NCBI RefSeq assembly: GCF_001194135.2
Contig: NC_068985.1
Span: forward strand, 9,843,520 to 9,907,519
Reading direction: 5' to 3'
Length of the DNA stretch: 64,000 nucleotides
From: Octopus bimaculoides
Lineage: Eukaryota
Under the pieces are notes generated by a model. The model did no database searches, was not told the origin of the DNA, and worked only from the letters and a program-made list of their open reading frames with translations. The position numbers were made by a program, and so were the translations under genes. Shown piece by piece: positions 23,135 through 36,891 of the stretch; within the stretch, counting starts at the first letter, position 1, and each line of letters starts with the position of its first letter.

Positions 23135-24094
23135 GGGCTTCTTTTAGTTTCTGTTCACGAAATCCATTCACAAGGCTTCGGTTGACTTGGAGGTATAGCG
23201 GAAGACTCAAGACCACTGTATTTAAGCAGTACCAAAGACTCTAGTCCAAGGTTCCTCGCAGTGGGGACTGAACCTGGGATCTTGTGATCAGGAAGCAAAC
23301 TTCTTACCACACTGCCATACCTGTGCTTAAAAATATATATCTCCTCCATGGCAAGGAATCCTATCCCAATCTCCCAAGGATCGAAGTTGTCTGTAAATGT
23401 TTTTAAGGCATCTCTGAAATAACTTGCATACGATCTAAAGAAAACCAGGTTGGGTTTTGTTTTTAATTAAGACTGCTTTTATTAACGCAGGCGGTTGAAA
23501 GGTATCCAATCTAAAAGCGACTGTCTCGATGTTTCAGCCCTTATAAAATGAAAGTAAATCAATGAAAGCCACGTTGTATAAAAGTGCCATATTGGTCGTT
23601 TATACTCTTTTACTTTTTTACTTGTTTCAGTCATTTGACTGCGGCCATGCTGGAGCACCGCCTTTAGTCGAGAAAATCGACCCCAGGACTTATTCTTTGT
23701 AAGCCTAGTACTTATTCTATCGGTCTCTTTTGCCGAACCACTAAGTTACGGGGACGTAAACACACCAGCATCGGTTGTCAAGCGATGTTGGGGGGACAAA
23801 GACACGCAAACACATATATATACATATACATATATACGACGGGCTTCTTTCAGTTTCCGTCTACCAAATCCATTCACAAGGCTTTTGTCGGCCCGAGGCT
23901 ATAGTAGAAGACACTTGCCCAAGGTGCTACGCAGAGGGACTGAACCCGGAACCATGTGGTTCGTAAGCAAGCTACTTACCACATAGCACGGTTGTATCGT
24001 TTTACAGCCGGATGCCCCTTCGTTAAGCTTCTTTTTTTTCTCTCACATGTCTCGGAAGTTCGGAGGTACAAAGCAAGCACACGATTTGTTTACA

Positions 24095-24310
24095 AGGCGG
24101 TGAGCTGGCAGAAACGTTAGCACGCCGGGGTGAAATGCTTAGCGGTATTTCGTCTGTCTTTACGTTCTGAGTTCAAATTCCGCTGAGGTCGACTTTGCCT
24201 TTCATCCTTTCGGGGGTCGATAAATTAAGTACCAGTTGCGTGCTAGGGTCGATCTAATCGACTGGTCCCCATCCCCCAAAATTTCGTGTCTTATACCTAG
24301 AGTAGAAAAG
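24095..24310 (+). mobile_element. tRNA-derived SINE, family A (central domain resembles Nin/Deu-type)
   Basis: GGCGGTGAGCTGGCAGAAACG..GAGTTCAAATTCC..GCCTTTCATCCTTTCGGGGTCGATAAATTAAGTACCAG. Copies at about 185-770, 5930-6343 (x2), 8668-8887, 11977-12420 (x2), 20478-20682, 27590-27765 and 48010-48460 (x2). Confidence 0.8.
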
Positions 24311-24359
24311 GATTTGTTGACAGGGGATAGAGTAAATGTAAACAAGCGCATGGGTACAT

Positions 24360-24409
<50 letters not shown>

Positions 24410-26100
24410 TCAGTTTGCTTCCCATCCATGTGGCTTTTCGATTCAGTCCCACTCTGTGGCCCTTTTGGCAAGTGTCTTCTACTATAGCCCCAGGCCAAAT
24501 CATCATCATCATCGTTTAACGTCCAACCCATGCTGGCATGGGTTGGATGGTTTGACTGAGGACTGGCGAACCAGATGGCTGCACCAGGCTCCAATCTGAT
24601 CTGGCAGAGTTTGTACAGCTGGATGCCCTTCCTAACGCCAACCACTCCGAGAGTGTAGTGGGTGCTTTTATGTGCTACTGGCACGAGGACCAGTCTGGCT
24701 GTACTGGTATTGACCACACTCAAATGGTGTTTTTTACGTGCCACCTGCACAGGAGCCAGTCAACGGCCCTGGTAATCATCACGCTCGGATGGTGCTCTTA
24801 GCATGGATGCCAGTCATGCGGTGCTGTCATCGAATTTGATTTCGATTTCAGTTGCCTCAACAGGTCTTCGCAAGCAGAGTTTAGAGTCCAATGAAAGAAA
24901 CGTATGCATAAGTGGGCTGGTTACACCACTGGCTTAAGCCACAGGTTATGGTCGCACTTGGCTTGCCAAACACACACACACACACACATATATGTATATG
25001 ACAGGCTTTTTTTTCAGTTTTTGTCTACCAAATCCACTCAGAAGGCTTTAGTTGGCCTGAGACAATTGACTGTCCCAAGTTACAGTGTCTGCTTCCATAT
25101 AGTCTCTACTGCAGAAGGCTCTTCTTAACACTAATCACTTTACAGAAGTAAGCTCATCATTGTTCAACGTCCACTTTCCATGCTGGTATGGGTTGGACGG
25201 TTTGACTGGGGGCTGGCAAGCCAGGTGGCTGCATCAGGCTCCAATTTGATCTGGCAATGTTTCTACAAATGGATGCCCTTCCTAACGCCAACCACTCTGA
25301 GAGTATAGTAGGTGCTTTTTATGTGCCACCGGCACCGGAGCCGTTTGGTGGTACTAGCTTCGGCCATGTTTGGATGGTGCTTTTTATGTGCCACTGGCTC
25401 AGGAGCCAGCCAGCCTGCAGTGGCATTGACGACGCTCGAATAGTGCTTTTTATCTGCCACTGGCACGGGATCAGTCAAGCGGCACTGGCATCGACCACGC
25501 TCAAATGGTGCTTTTTGCATGCCACCGGCACATGTACCAATCAGGTAGTATTGTTGTCGGCCACGACAACGACTTGCCTCAACAGGTCTTCGCAAGTGCA
25601 GTTTATTGCCCATTGGTTGAAAGGTACTCTTAAATGGGCCGGTTATGCTTGAGACAGCTTTGCTAAGTGTTAAGAGGCTAACGAATGATAGAGGAACTGG
25701 TGCAGGTGTCTTGCTGTAGAGGAGGTACATGGTTATTCTGCATTATATAAGGGTGGGGGGGGAGTAACAGGTTTGATGAAGGTAGTGATGAGGTATTACT
25801 GCAGGTTGAGTTGGAATGGGGGGGGAGGTAAATTTGGAACAGTGTAAGAGGAGAGTGACAGATGGTTAGAGATGAATGGTGTTGTAGGTAGGGGGAGTTA
25901 TACAGCACTGGCAACAATCTCGCTCGAATGTTTTTTTCATATATATATATATATATATATATAAATTATAATACAGGGTATCAAGAGATACCACCACGCT
26001 GAAAAAATAGCAGTCAAATCCTGACTCTAAAACCACAATAAATGTCCGCATGGCACGATTAGCGAAGACGAAGACCAAATGAACCAGTAAAAATAAGATA

Positions 26101-26162
26101 ATTCCAAATCCTGGATTTCTGGCTTTGCATAAATAATAATGTTCTGCCTTCATCAGTGGAAT
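26101..26162 (-). ncRNA. Minimal type I hammerhead motif inside a Penelope-like remnant (about 25965-26335)
   Basis: AUUCCA-CUGAUGA-A-GGC(22 nt)GCC-A-GAAA-UCCAGGA-UU^UGGAAU. Stem I is 6 bp and stem III is a pseudo-palindrome; one A.A mismatch at the base of stem II. Confidence 0.65.
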
Positions 26163-27863
26163 ATACTCTAGTACATAAATACAAATACATGTATATAAAC
26201 AGTATACTTACATATACGAACGTATACACACATATATATGCACGTATGCACACGACTAGCTTAAATAGCCCGCCTAAACAGCCTTTTGTGCGATCCGGAC
26301 AGAATATCAGCGCAGTAAATACACTGATAAATATATATATATATATATGTGTGTGTGTATAAAATAGCATCTAGCATAACAAAAGAGAGAAAGAAATTGA
26401 TCTCAAAGAATAAATATGAATCCTATGAAAAAGTAAATAAATGCTGGCACCACATAAAAGGCATCGAGTACACTCTGTAAATGGATGGCATTAGGAAGGG
26501 CATCCAGCCATAGAAACAATTGGAATACGATGCAGCCCTTGGATTCCTCAGATCTTCTTGAACCAACCAGCCAGCCATGCTTTCATGGAACATGGGTATT
26601 AAAGGACAGTAGTGATGTCTTCATAGTCCTACATGGTTCCTTTCAAAATCTCCTCTGTTTGTGGATAAGAGAACCCTTATCCAAACATTCTAAATACTAT
26701 GAACAATGGGGGTAAGTTAGAGACCTAAGTACAAGCTGAACAATTCCTTAGCCTCCTCTCTCTCTTGACTGAGTCGGAATCATCTGACCAAGATGATTTT
26801 CAGGGTCAGCAAAAATAAATGGTTGTGACCGATGTATTGCTTGTTGATCCAGTTGATTTGAACTCATTAATTACTAATTTGTGGTTTTATGATAGTCTGA
26901 GAAATGAATCTTATGTTTTGTGTTCCAGTGATGATCAGTTGTTTAGTCTCTTGTTCGCTGTAATCAACCGTAATCTTTTCCTTTCTGGTATTTTTTTGCA
27001 GTACATTGTCCATGATGTCTTTCCTTTTTAAAGACATTAGAATCTGATTTGAGGGAGATTTGGTTGCTGCTTCTAGCAGGTCATACAACCATGTAAATGC
27101 TCCCTCGTTTGCTTGAAGATGAATTAGAAATAGCTATGCCTGCTTCTACATCCTTGTTTCAAATCCCAGTAGAGACAGCTTTGCTTTTCATCCCTTCAAC
27201 ATCAGCAAGTAAGTAATAGTTATGTCCTAAGTTTACTTTATTCAGCACATTGTACTAATCCTGTATATTAAAGTAGTACACAGGCCCATTTCATTTGCCT
27301 GTCATAAACTTTTAAAAACTACCTTTCACATTTACACACACACTTACACATAAGACTGTCAGTGGGGAAGGCAAATGGCACTGGTGCACTGAACTGGTAG
27401 TGTTCTTGAAAAGAAAAAGACATTGAAACTCTATTATGAAATATTGTAGAGTGAGTAGTAGGTTTGTTAGAGAGTGTGAAGGACCAGCTAGCGCAGTTGA
27501 TATTTTTTCAGGAAGTAGGTAAAATTGTGAACTGGGGGATGTTGGTGTGGCCTACTATTTCTATCCGCCAATATTACCACAACTGGTGGCAATCTGGCAG
27601 AATTGTTAGCAGACCAGGCAAAATGCTTTGTGGCATTTTGCCTGGCTTTATGTTCTGAGTTCAAATTTCACCAGTTTTGCCTTTCATTCCTTTTGGGTCA
27701 ATAAAACAAGCACCACTGGGGTTCATGTAATCAACTAACCCCGCTGCCTTTGTGCCAAGATTTGAAATTATATTACCACAACTGAACTCCTATTTTGTTT
27801 CTTCCTTAATAAAGAGCCTTACCCTGAAACAAATTCTTTTTACCTTTCATTATATTAGAGATA

Positions 27864-28204
27864 ATTTAGAAAATTACTATTTCTAAATCTCACAACCTGA
27901 GATATTCAGCAACAGTACTTTGGAGTAAAGATTGTTTGCCAACATAACATGGCAGTCCTGGTTTAGGACAAATGTTGCTGTAATTTTAGCCCCAGGAGAC
28001 ATCGTCTCCAGCTGGCTGTACGACATGATCTGTGTCCTTATATTTTTGAACAAGGGAATCTAGCACCCCCACTCAGCTCAAATTACAGCAACATTCGTCC
28101 TAAACCAGGACTGCCATGTTATGTTGGCAAAGAATCTTTACTCCAAAAGTACTGTTGCTGAATATCTCTCATTGTGAGATTTACAAATAGTAATTTTCTA
28201 ATTT
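27864..28204. mobile_element. Fold-back MITE with ~120-bp inverted arms
   Basis: 27864-27985 is inverted against 28082-28204. A partial related copy lies at about 1198-1365. Confidence 0.75.
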
Positions 28205-28279
28205 ATAGATCAGTGACTAGTTGTCACTTCGAAAACTAAATATTTCGAACAGGAATTTGGCAGCACCACCTCTCTAAAA

Positions 28280-29611
28280 GGACCAGTTAATGGTTCACTG
28301 CCTTTCTGATTGTTATGGTGACAAGACATTGTCTAAGTTAAGGGAACAAATATCATGTATGGTACGTACACCCACACACAAAAGCAATGGTCAGTATATA
28401 AAGTACTCAGATTTTATTGTCTGAAATACATTGGAAGCCTGAAGTACTTTCAGGCAAATAGTGTTTGTATATATATACTTGACTAGACAGTAAAGTTCTC
28501 CAGGTACATAGTGCTCAGGTTAACTTATGTATCTGTGTCTCCAGAGCCTGGTATAAATTCTTTAAAATAATATTTGTAGCTAGTGGTCTCTCTCTCCTCT
28601 CTTTCTTTCTCTCTCCCTCTCTATCTTTCTCTCTCTCTCTCTTTCTCTCCTGCTCTCTATTTCTCTCCCACTCTCTCTTTCTCTCTCTATCTCTGGGTAT
28701 ATATGTATATATATTTATATTTATTGAATATATATAATATATATATTTATATTTATTGAAGCAATGACTTGTGACCAACACCTTTGGCATTATGTCATGC
28801 TTGAGAAGAAGATGCATTAAGCCAAGCAAAGTCGCAGTTGTCTCAGATACCAGTGTTGGGCAAATTGGCACCCATGCCGGTGGCACATAAAAACACCCTG
28901 GTGTCATGCAAATGGCATGTAAAAGCACCCATTACACTCTTGGAGTGGTTAGCATTTAGGAAGGGCATCCAGCCAAAGAAAACCATGGCAAATCAAACTT
29001 GAGTCTGGTGCAGCTTACCAGCCCGGTCAAACCGTCCAACCCATGCCAGCATGGACAATGGACGTTAGATGATGATGATGATGACATGCACACATAGGTA
29101 CAGGTGTGGTTGTGCATAAGAAGTTTGCTTCCTGTTCACATGGTCTCAACTTCTGTTCCACTGCATGGCCCCTTAGGGCAAATGTCTTCTACTAAAGCAC
29201 CCAACTAAAATGTAGTTTATGTGAGGGCTTTGGACCCTAATTGCCACAATGCTAGTAACTTAACTGCCATTTATAAACTAGTTTTTGCAACCTGGAATTT
29301 TGATTGAAGATTTTTATTTAGATCTTTAAAACAGGAAATTTATATCATAGAACCAGGGTTGATATGAAAAGGGTCAAATTACATTGCTTTCATTTATGGA
29401 TAAAGTGCCAACACTCTGTATGATGGAAGAGAAAGAAAATAGGAATCATGACATTTGTATATTTATTATGAATATTTTCTTCATTGCAACTTGTAGACAG
29501 TGATGTCATTGATGACAGATCTGTAAAGGGACCAGTTTAATGGTTCACTGGCTTTCTGATTGTTATGGTGGCAAGACATTGTCTAAGTTGAGGGAACGAA
29601 TATTATGTATG

Positions 29612-29646
<35 letters not shown>

Positions 29647-29855
29647 AAAGCAATGGTCAGTATATAAAGTACTCAGATTTTATTGTCTGAAATACATTGG
29701 AAGCCTGAAGTACTTTCAGGCAAATAGTGTTTGTATATATATACTTGACCAGACAGTAAAGTTCTCCAGGTACATAGTGCTCAGGTTAACTTATGTATCT
29801 GTGTCTCCAGAGCCTGGTATAAATTCTTTAAAATAATATGTGTGGCTAGCGCTCT
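28280..29855 (+). repeat. Direct duplication of ~310 bp (28280-28590 and 29530-29855)
   Basis: A ~190-nt core differs at one position; the upstream ~85 nt differ at about six positions. Confidence 0.9.
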
Positions 29856-30350
29856 CTCTCTCTCTCTTTCTCTCTCTCACTCTCTCTCTCTCTCTCTCTC
29901 TGTAACCTTGTACCTCCTCTACAGCAAGACACCTGTTTCTGTCTCACTATAACCTTTCATCATCCGACACAAGATCATCTCTTCCAATGCCCCCTCCCCT
30001 CTCAAAGAGATTTTTTTTCCCCTCTTGCAAGTACTTGATGACCCTGTCAGTGCAGGTGCCACTTAAAAGCACCCAGTCCACACTGTAAAGTGGTTGGCGT
30101 TTGGAACGAAGTCAACCAGCTGTAAAAACCTAGCCAAAACTGACCTCGCTTGTGCTTGTGCCGTGTAAGAAGCACCTAATCCTCTCTGCTGAGGGTTGGC
30201 GATTGGAAGGGCATCCAGCTGTAAAAATCCTGCCAAAACAGTCACAGAAGTCTGGTGGAGGCTTCTGCCTGGTCGGCTCTTGTCAAACTGTCCCACCCAT
30301 GCCAGCATGGAAAGCAGACGTTAAACGATAGTGATGATGATGCTGATAGA

Positions 30351-30407
<57 letters not shown>

Positions 30408-30983
30408 GACACACACTGATACCGTCATTTACGACAAGGGTTCCAGTAGATGTGATAAATAGAGCAGCTTACTCATGAAATTAACATGCAAGTGGTTGAG
30501 TACTCCGCAGACAAACATTGCCTTAACGTAGTACTCTGAGAGATTCAGTGTGATACAGAATGGGAAAAGGCTGGCCCTTTGAAATACAGGTACGATTCGT
30601 TTTTACTAGCTGAGTGGACTGGAGCAACGTGAAATGAAGTAACTTGCTCTATGGGCACAGTGCACTGCTGGGAACCAAACTCCTGACCTTATGATCATGA
30701 GAAAACACCTTAACCACTAAGCCATGTACCTAAACACACACACACACATGCATATATGTAAATATTGTTTTGATGTCCACTTTTCAGGTTGAGTTTAGTG
30801 AAGCAGGTTTTCTGTGTGCGGATGCTCTTCCTGTCACCAACCCTTACCTGTTACTAAGCAAGGTAATATTTTTCCCATGACCAGAAATGTTTTCACAGAA
30901 TATTGGAAATAACTGATATTCATTTAGAGCACTAACCCAATGCCAAGACAAGGAAACACACAAACATAGACCCCACGTACATA

Positions 30984-31786
30984 TACAGGGTCTGATGAAT
31001 AAGTATCTGGAATGCTGCCATAGTAACAAAGCTAAAGTATGCAGACTGAAGCCACTTGGCAAATATTGAGCTTGAACTCTGCTGTGCATGCGCATTAAGT
31101 TTTAACGTTCTAGCTCACTTCCACTGTTTACAGCAGTGCTTGGAAGGAACGTGTGTAGCATGCGATTGTCGCACTGACCATAACAGAGAAAGTTGTCATG
31201 GCGATACGTGCTCAGAGTCCTGCGCAAAGTTGCAGAAAGTGTATGGAGAGGAGTGTTCAGACTTTTCCAAGATGACCAAAAAAATGCCGATATTGACGAA
31301 CGTTCTGGGAGACCCGCAATCAACAGAACTGAGAAAAACATTGCAGATTAGTTATGGTTCAGTTCAGTCCATTATCACTGAAGATTTTGGTATGAGATGC
31401 GTGTCTGCCAAGTTTGTGCCAAAACTGCTTTCAGCTGAACAAAAAGACACTCAGGTTTCAGTTGCACAAGATCTTGATTATGATGAGAATGATGAAAAAT
31501 TTTTGAAAACTTGGTGTAGGCCTCTGAACAGGTATCGCCAAGCTTTTGGCAAAATTTGAGGCAGATTCTCTGCTCAACTTTCTCTGTCGTGGTCAATGTG
31601 ACAATCACATGCTACACATCTTCCTTCCAAGCACTGCTGTAAACAGCGGAAGTGAGCTAGAATGTTAAAACTTAGTGCACATGAACAGCAAAGTTCAAGG
31701 GCAATCTGTGCCGAGTGGCTTCAGTCTGCGTGCTTTAACTTTGTTACTATGGCAACAATCCGGATACTTATTGATCAGACCATGTA
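30984..31786. mobile_element. Mariner-derived fold-back element (two 5' ends head-to-head)
   Basis: TA-flanked TIRs TACAGGGTCTGATGAATAAGTATC / GATACTTATTGATCAGACCATGTA, ~300-bp inverted arms, transposase remnants EQRICLKFCQKLG and GMRCVSAKFVPKLL. Confidence 0.85.
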
Positions 31787-32160
31787 CATTTCCCCTGTAT
31801 CGATTAGACTATCAGATCTTTTTACACACTGCTGGGCCACAATGCACATCCAATTCTTTTTTTTATTGTGCTCTTCTTTTACACTTTGGCCCAAATTGTT
31901 TAAATTGTCTTCCAATTGTGAAGGTCTGAGTGGCTTTTTCCAATTTCATGAGTACCACTTGCCAACTGCACAAGTCCACCTCTTGTCTGTGCAATATGCA
32001 CAGCCCAACAAAAATTGTACATTCAGTATTTTGTGTGTGTGTGAGTAAATATAAATATATATATATTTGTTTATACACTCAAACATACGTATGTGTGTGT
32101 CTGACTACTGAATTTTATAACGATGCTTGTGAATATCTTGTGTTTCTCTTAAATATTTCT

Positions 32161-32179
32161 TTTTATTTCTCCTTTCAGA
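32161..32179 (+). other. Splice acceptor opening the KAT5 coding exon (implies a 5'UTR intron)
   Basis: Polypyrimidine tract TTTTATTTCTCCTTTCAG with AG at 32177-32178, about 220 nt upstream of the ATG. Confidence 0.6.
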
Positions 32180-32351
32180 TTGAGATGTTTTTGTGAGACC
32201 TGTTACCATTTCAAGAACACCAGTTATAACTTCCTCTTTTTCGAGAAAGACAAAGGATCCATCAACCCAACAGAGCTTTTTTTTCAATCATTGTGTTATA
32301 AAAGACGTGGTTAGGCACAACAAGGGAGATAATACTTCCACTATACAGTAA

Positions 32352-33881
<1,530 letters not shown>

Positions 33882-36540
33882 TTGATTTTCACTTTCTGAT
33901 CCTCCACCACCCCCAACTTTCTATTGCTCACTGCTCCCATCATTTTCTTTCTTCTGCTCTTAATCTTTTTAGCTATTCACTATAGCATCTACAACATCTT
34001 GAAACTGATGTCGGTAGTTTGTGATTAGCTGGCTGTGAGAAAGATAGCTACCTGCTTCAACCACATTTAGCTGTTATTATGTCTGACCTGAAAAATGCCT
34101 TTGTATACTTTTGTGCAAAGTGTTAACTAAAACAAAAAAACGTTGAATTTGCTTATTGATACCTATATGCTTGCATGCATGCGTGTATGTATGTATGTTC
34201 CTAATAGATGTTTATATTTGTGTATAAATGATAAAAAGTAGAAAACATATGCAGAGAAACACACTGATAATGAGTTTTTTTATTGTTTTATTTGAATCAT
34301 TCTTTTGTATGTGGATTGGTGAGTCTCTGCGAAGAATTTTTCTTGTTGATGTTTGAATATAATACTTGTGTATGCATAGATTATGTTTATATATGCATGA
34401 ATTAAAAATGTTTGTGTATGAGTGTAATACATACACATAGACATATATACTGTATTTTGAAATAATAGCATGAAATTCAGTATCAAAAAATTCTTCACAA
34501 AGATATATATGTCTAAAATAGTATTGTATTAAAAGCATATATAAACATATGAAACATGACCACTTAAGAATTTGTTAATTAATGCATCTTACAGTCTTTT
34601 CACAAAAGTATTGTCATTATAATATCATGTTTCATATATTTTTAATACAATACTATTTTAGACATATATATCTTCGTGAAGAATTTTTCGATACTGAATT
34701 TCATGCTATTATTTTTGGTATTGAATTTCATTCTATTTCAAGATACAGAATATATAATCGCTCGTATTAATGTCTAAATAATTTTTTAGTATTAATATAT
34801 TTGACATTTTATACAAAGCGCACTCATTATGAATTCAGTGTATAATATTCTAACAGAATATATTTAATTAATGATACATATAGACATAGCCGTAGCTGTG
34901 TGGTAAGTTAGCTTTCTAACTACATGGTTCTGGGTTCAGTCCCATTGTGTGGCACTTTGAGTAAGTGTCTTCTGCTATAGCCTCAGGCTGACTAAAATCT
35001 TGTGACTGGATTCGGTAGATGGAAACTGTAAGAAGCCCATCATATATATGTGTGTGTGTGTGTGTCATTATGTCTGTGTTTGCTCCCCACCATTGGTTGA
35101 CAATTAGTCTTGGTGTGATTTTGTCCCTGTGACATAGCAGTTTGGTAAAAGAGACTGATAGAATAAGTAGCAGGCTTTAAAAATAATTCAAGTCACTGCT
35201 CCAGCATGGCTGCAGTCAAATGATTGAAAAAAAGAAAGAAAAAGACTATATGTTTGTCTGTGTAAATTTAAGAATCAAAGACTAAAGTGACCCCAAATCC
35301 AAAGGGGAGTCTGTATGCGTTAAAAATAACTATAGAGCAAATAGTTATAGTTTATTGATTTCTTTTATTGGCAAAAAACTCTGCTTTTGCTAATTTAGCA
35401 GCTCGTCAGAAACTACTTCATCTGAGCTGTAATATTAGCAGAGTTTCTTTACTAAAACGTTACATCTTCAAATTATATATCTATGTGTGTATGTGCCTGT
35501 ATACATTTACATACACATATACACACTGTGTGTGTATGTGTACAACTGTAGATGAGCAATGTCAAACAAATGGTAATTTTCATCAGACATGGTCCGACAG
35601 AGCAGTGCATTTATTTTCAGACAGTTTCTTTTTTTTTTTCTAAGAACTCCTCCAATCACAAAAGTAGGATGTGTTCATATTCTAAACTATGGTAAACGAC
35701 ACCAGATTCCATCACTTTGTTCATCTAGAAAAAATAAATTTGTTAATATACCTCTCAGTATATACATCATATTGGTGTGTCTTATTTTTCTTGTGAAATT
35801 ATTCCAGTTTTTCATGTTATATATCATTTTTATTTACCATTTCCTAAGGATTGAATTTTAGCATCCTCTTACCTGAGGCTGGGTGGAGGTTCATCTCTTC
35901 TGTCTGAAAATTTAGGTTATCATTGCTAAATTTGTTTCAGTTCTTTTTTAAGTTTTTTATGTTATTTTTCTTCATGTAATATTTTTTAAATTACCAAAAT
36001 GTTTTTGTGTGATAATTTCGGATTTTTGAAGTTTAGATAACTGAGGTAAAGTTGAAAATTTAATTTGAAATAAAATTGTATATAAGCGCTGGAGTGGCTG
36101 TGTAGTAAGTAGCTTACTTACCAACCACATGGTTCCAGGTTCAGTCCCACTGCGTGGCACCTAGGGCAAGTGTCTTCTGTTATAGCCTTGGGCCGACCAA
36201 AGCCTTGTGAGTGAATTTGGTAGACAGAAACTGAAGGAAGCCCATCATATATATGTGTGTTTGTGTGTCTGTGTTTGTCCTGTAGTGTTTATGCCCCCGT
36301 AACTTAGTGGTTCAGCAAAAGAGACTTATAGAATAAGTACTAGGATTACAAAGAATAAGTCCTGGGGTTGATTTGCTTGACTAAAGGCGGTGCTCCAGCA
36401 TGGCCACAGTCAAATGACTGAAACAAGTAAAGGAATAAATTAATTGTTGATTACTTAACAGCTTCCAAATTATCTTGTGGGGATAAATAGTACAGTCAGT
36501 ACAAGAAGAAGATATTTTTTCTTTTTTCAAGGAATCATGG

Positions 36541-36891
36541 CACGACGAGGGTTCCAGTTGATTTTATCAACAGAACAGCCTGCTCGTGAAATTAACATGT
36601 AAGTGGCTGAGCACTCCACAGACACGTGTACCCTTAACGTAGTTCTCGGGGAGATTCAGCGTGACACAGAGTGTGACAAGGCTGGCCCTTTCAAATACAG
36701 GTGCAACAGAAACAGGGAGAAAGTTGTGGTGAAAGAGTACAGCAGGGTTCGCCACCATCCCCTGCCGGAGCCTTGTGGAGCTTTAGGTGTTTTCGTTCAC
36801 TAAACACTCACAACGCCCGGTCTGGGAATCAAAACCGCGATCCTACAACCACGAGTCTGCTGCCCTAACCACTGGGCCATTACGCCTCCAC
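36541..36891 (-). mobile_element. tRNA-derived SINE, family D
   Basis: Same head and body, tail slightly truncated. Confidence 0.85.

Noticed and set aside
26700-27210. 73-aa minus ORF and a plus-strand GTAAGT donor in unique sequence
   Set aside because: Stops occur in all extended frames and no motif was recognised. It could be a decayed element or UTR exon but cannot be supported.
29500-29560. C/D snoRNA-like TGATGA...CTGA
   Set aside because: Too short, no terminal stem, and the C box is absent from the duplicated copy at 28280.
30988-31000. CTGATGA motif
   Set aside because: It is part of the mariner TIR, with no stem II or GAAA downstream.
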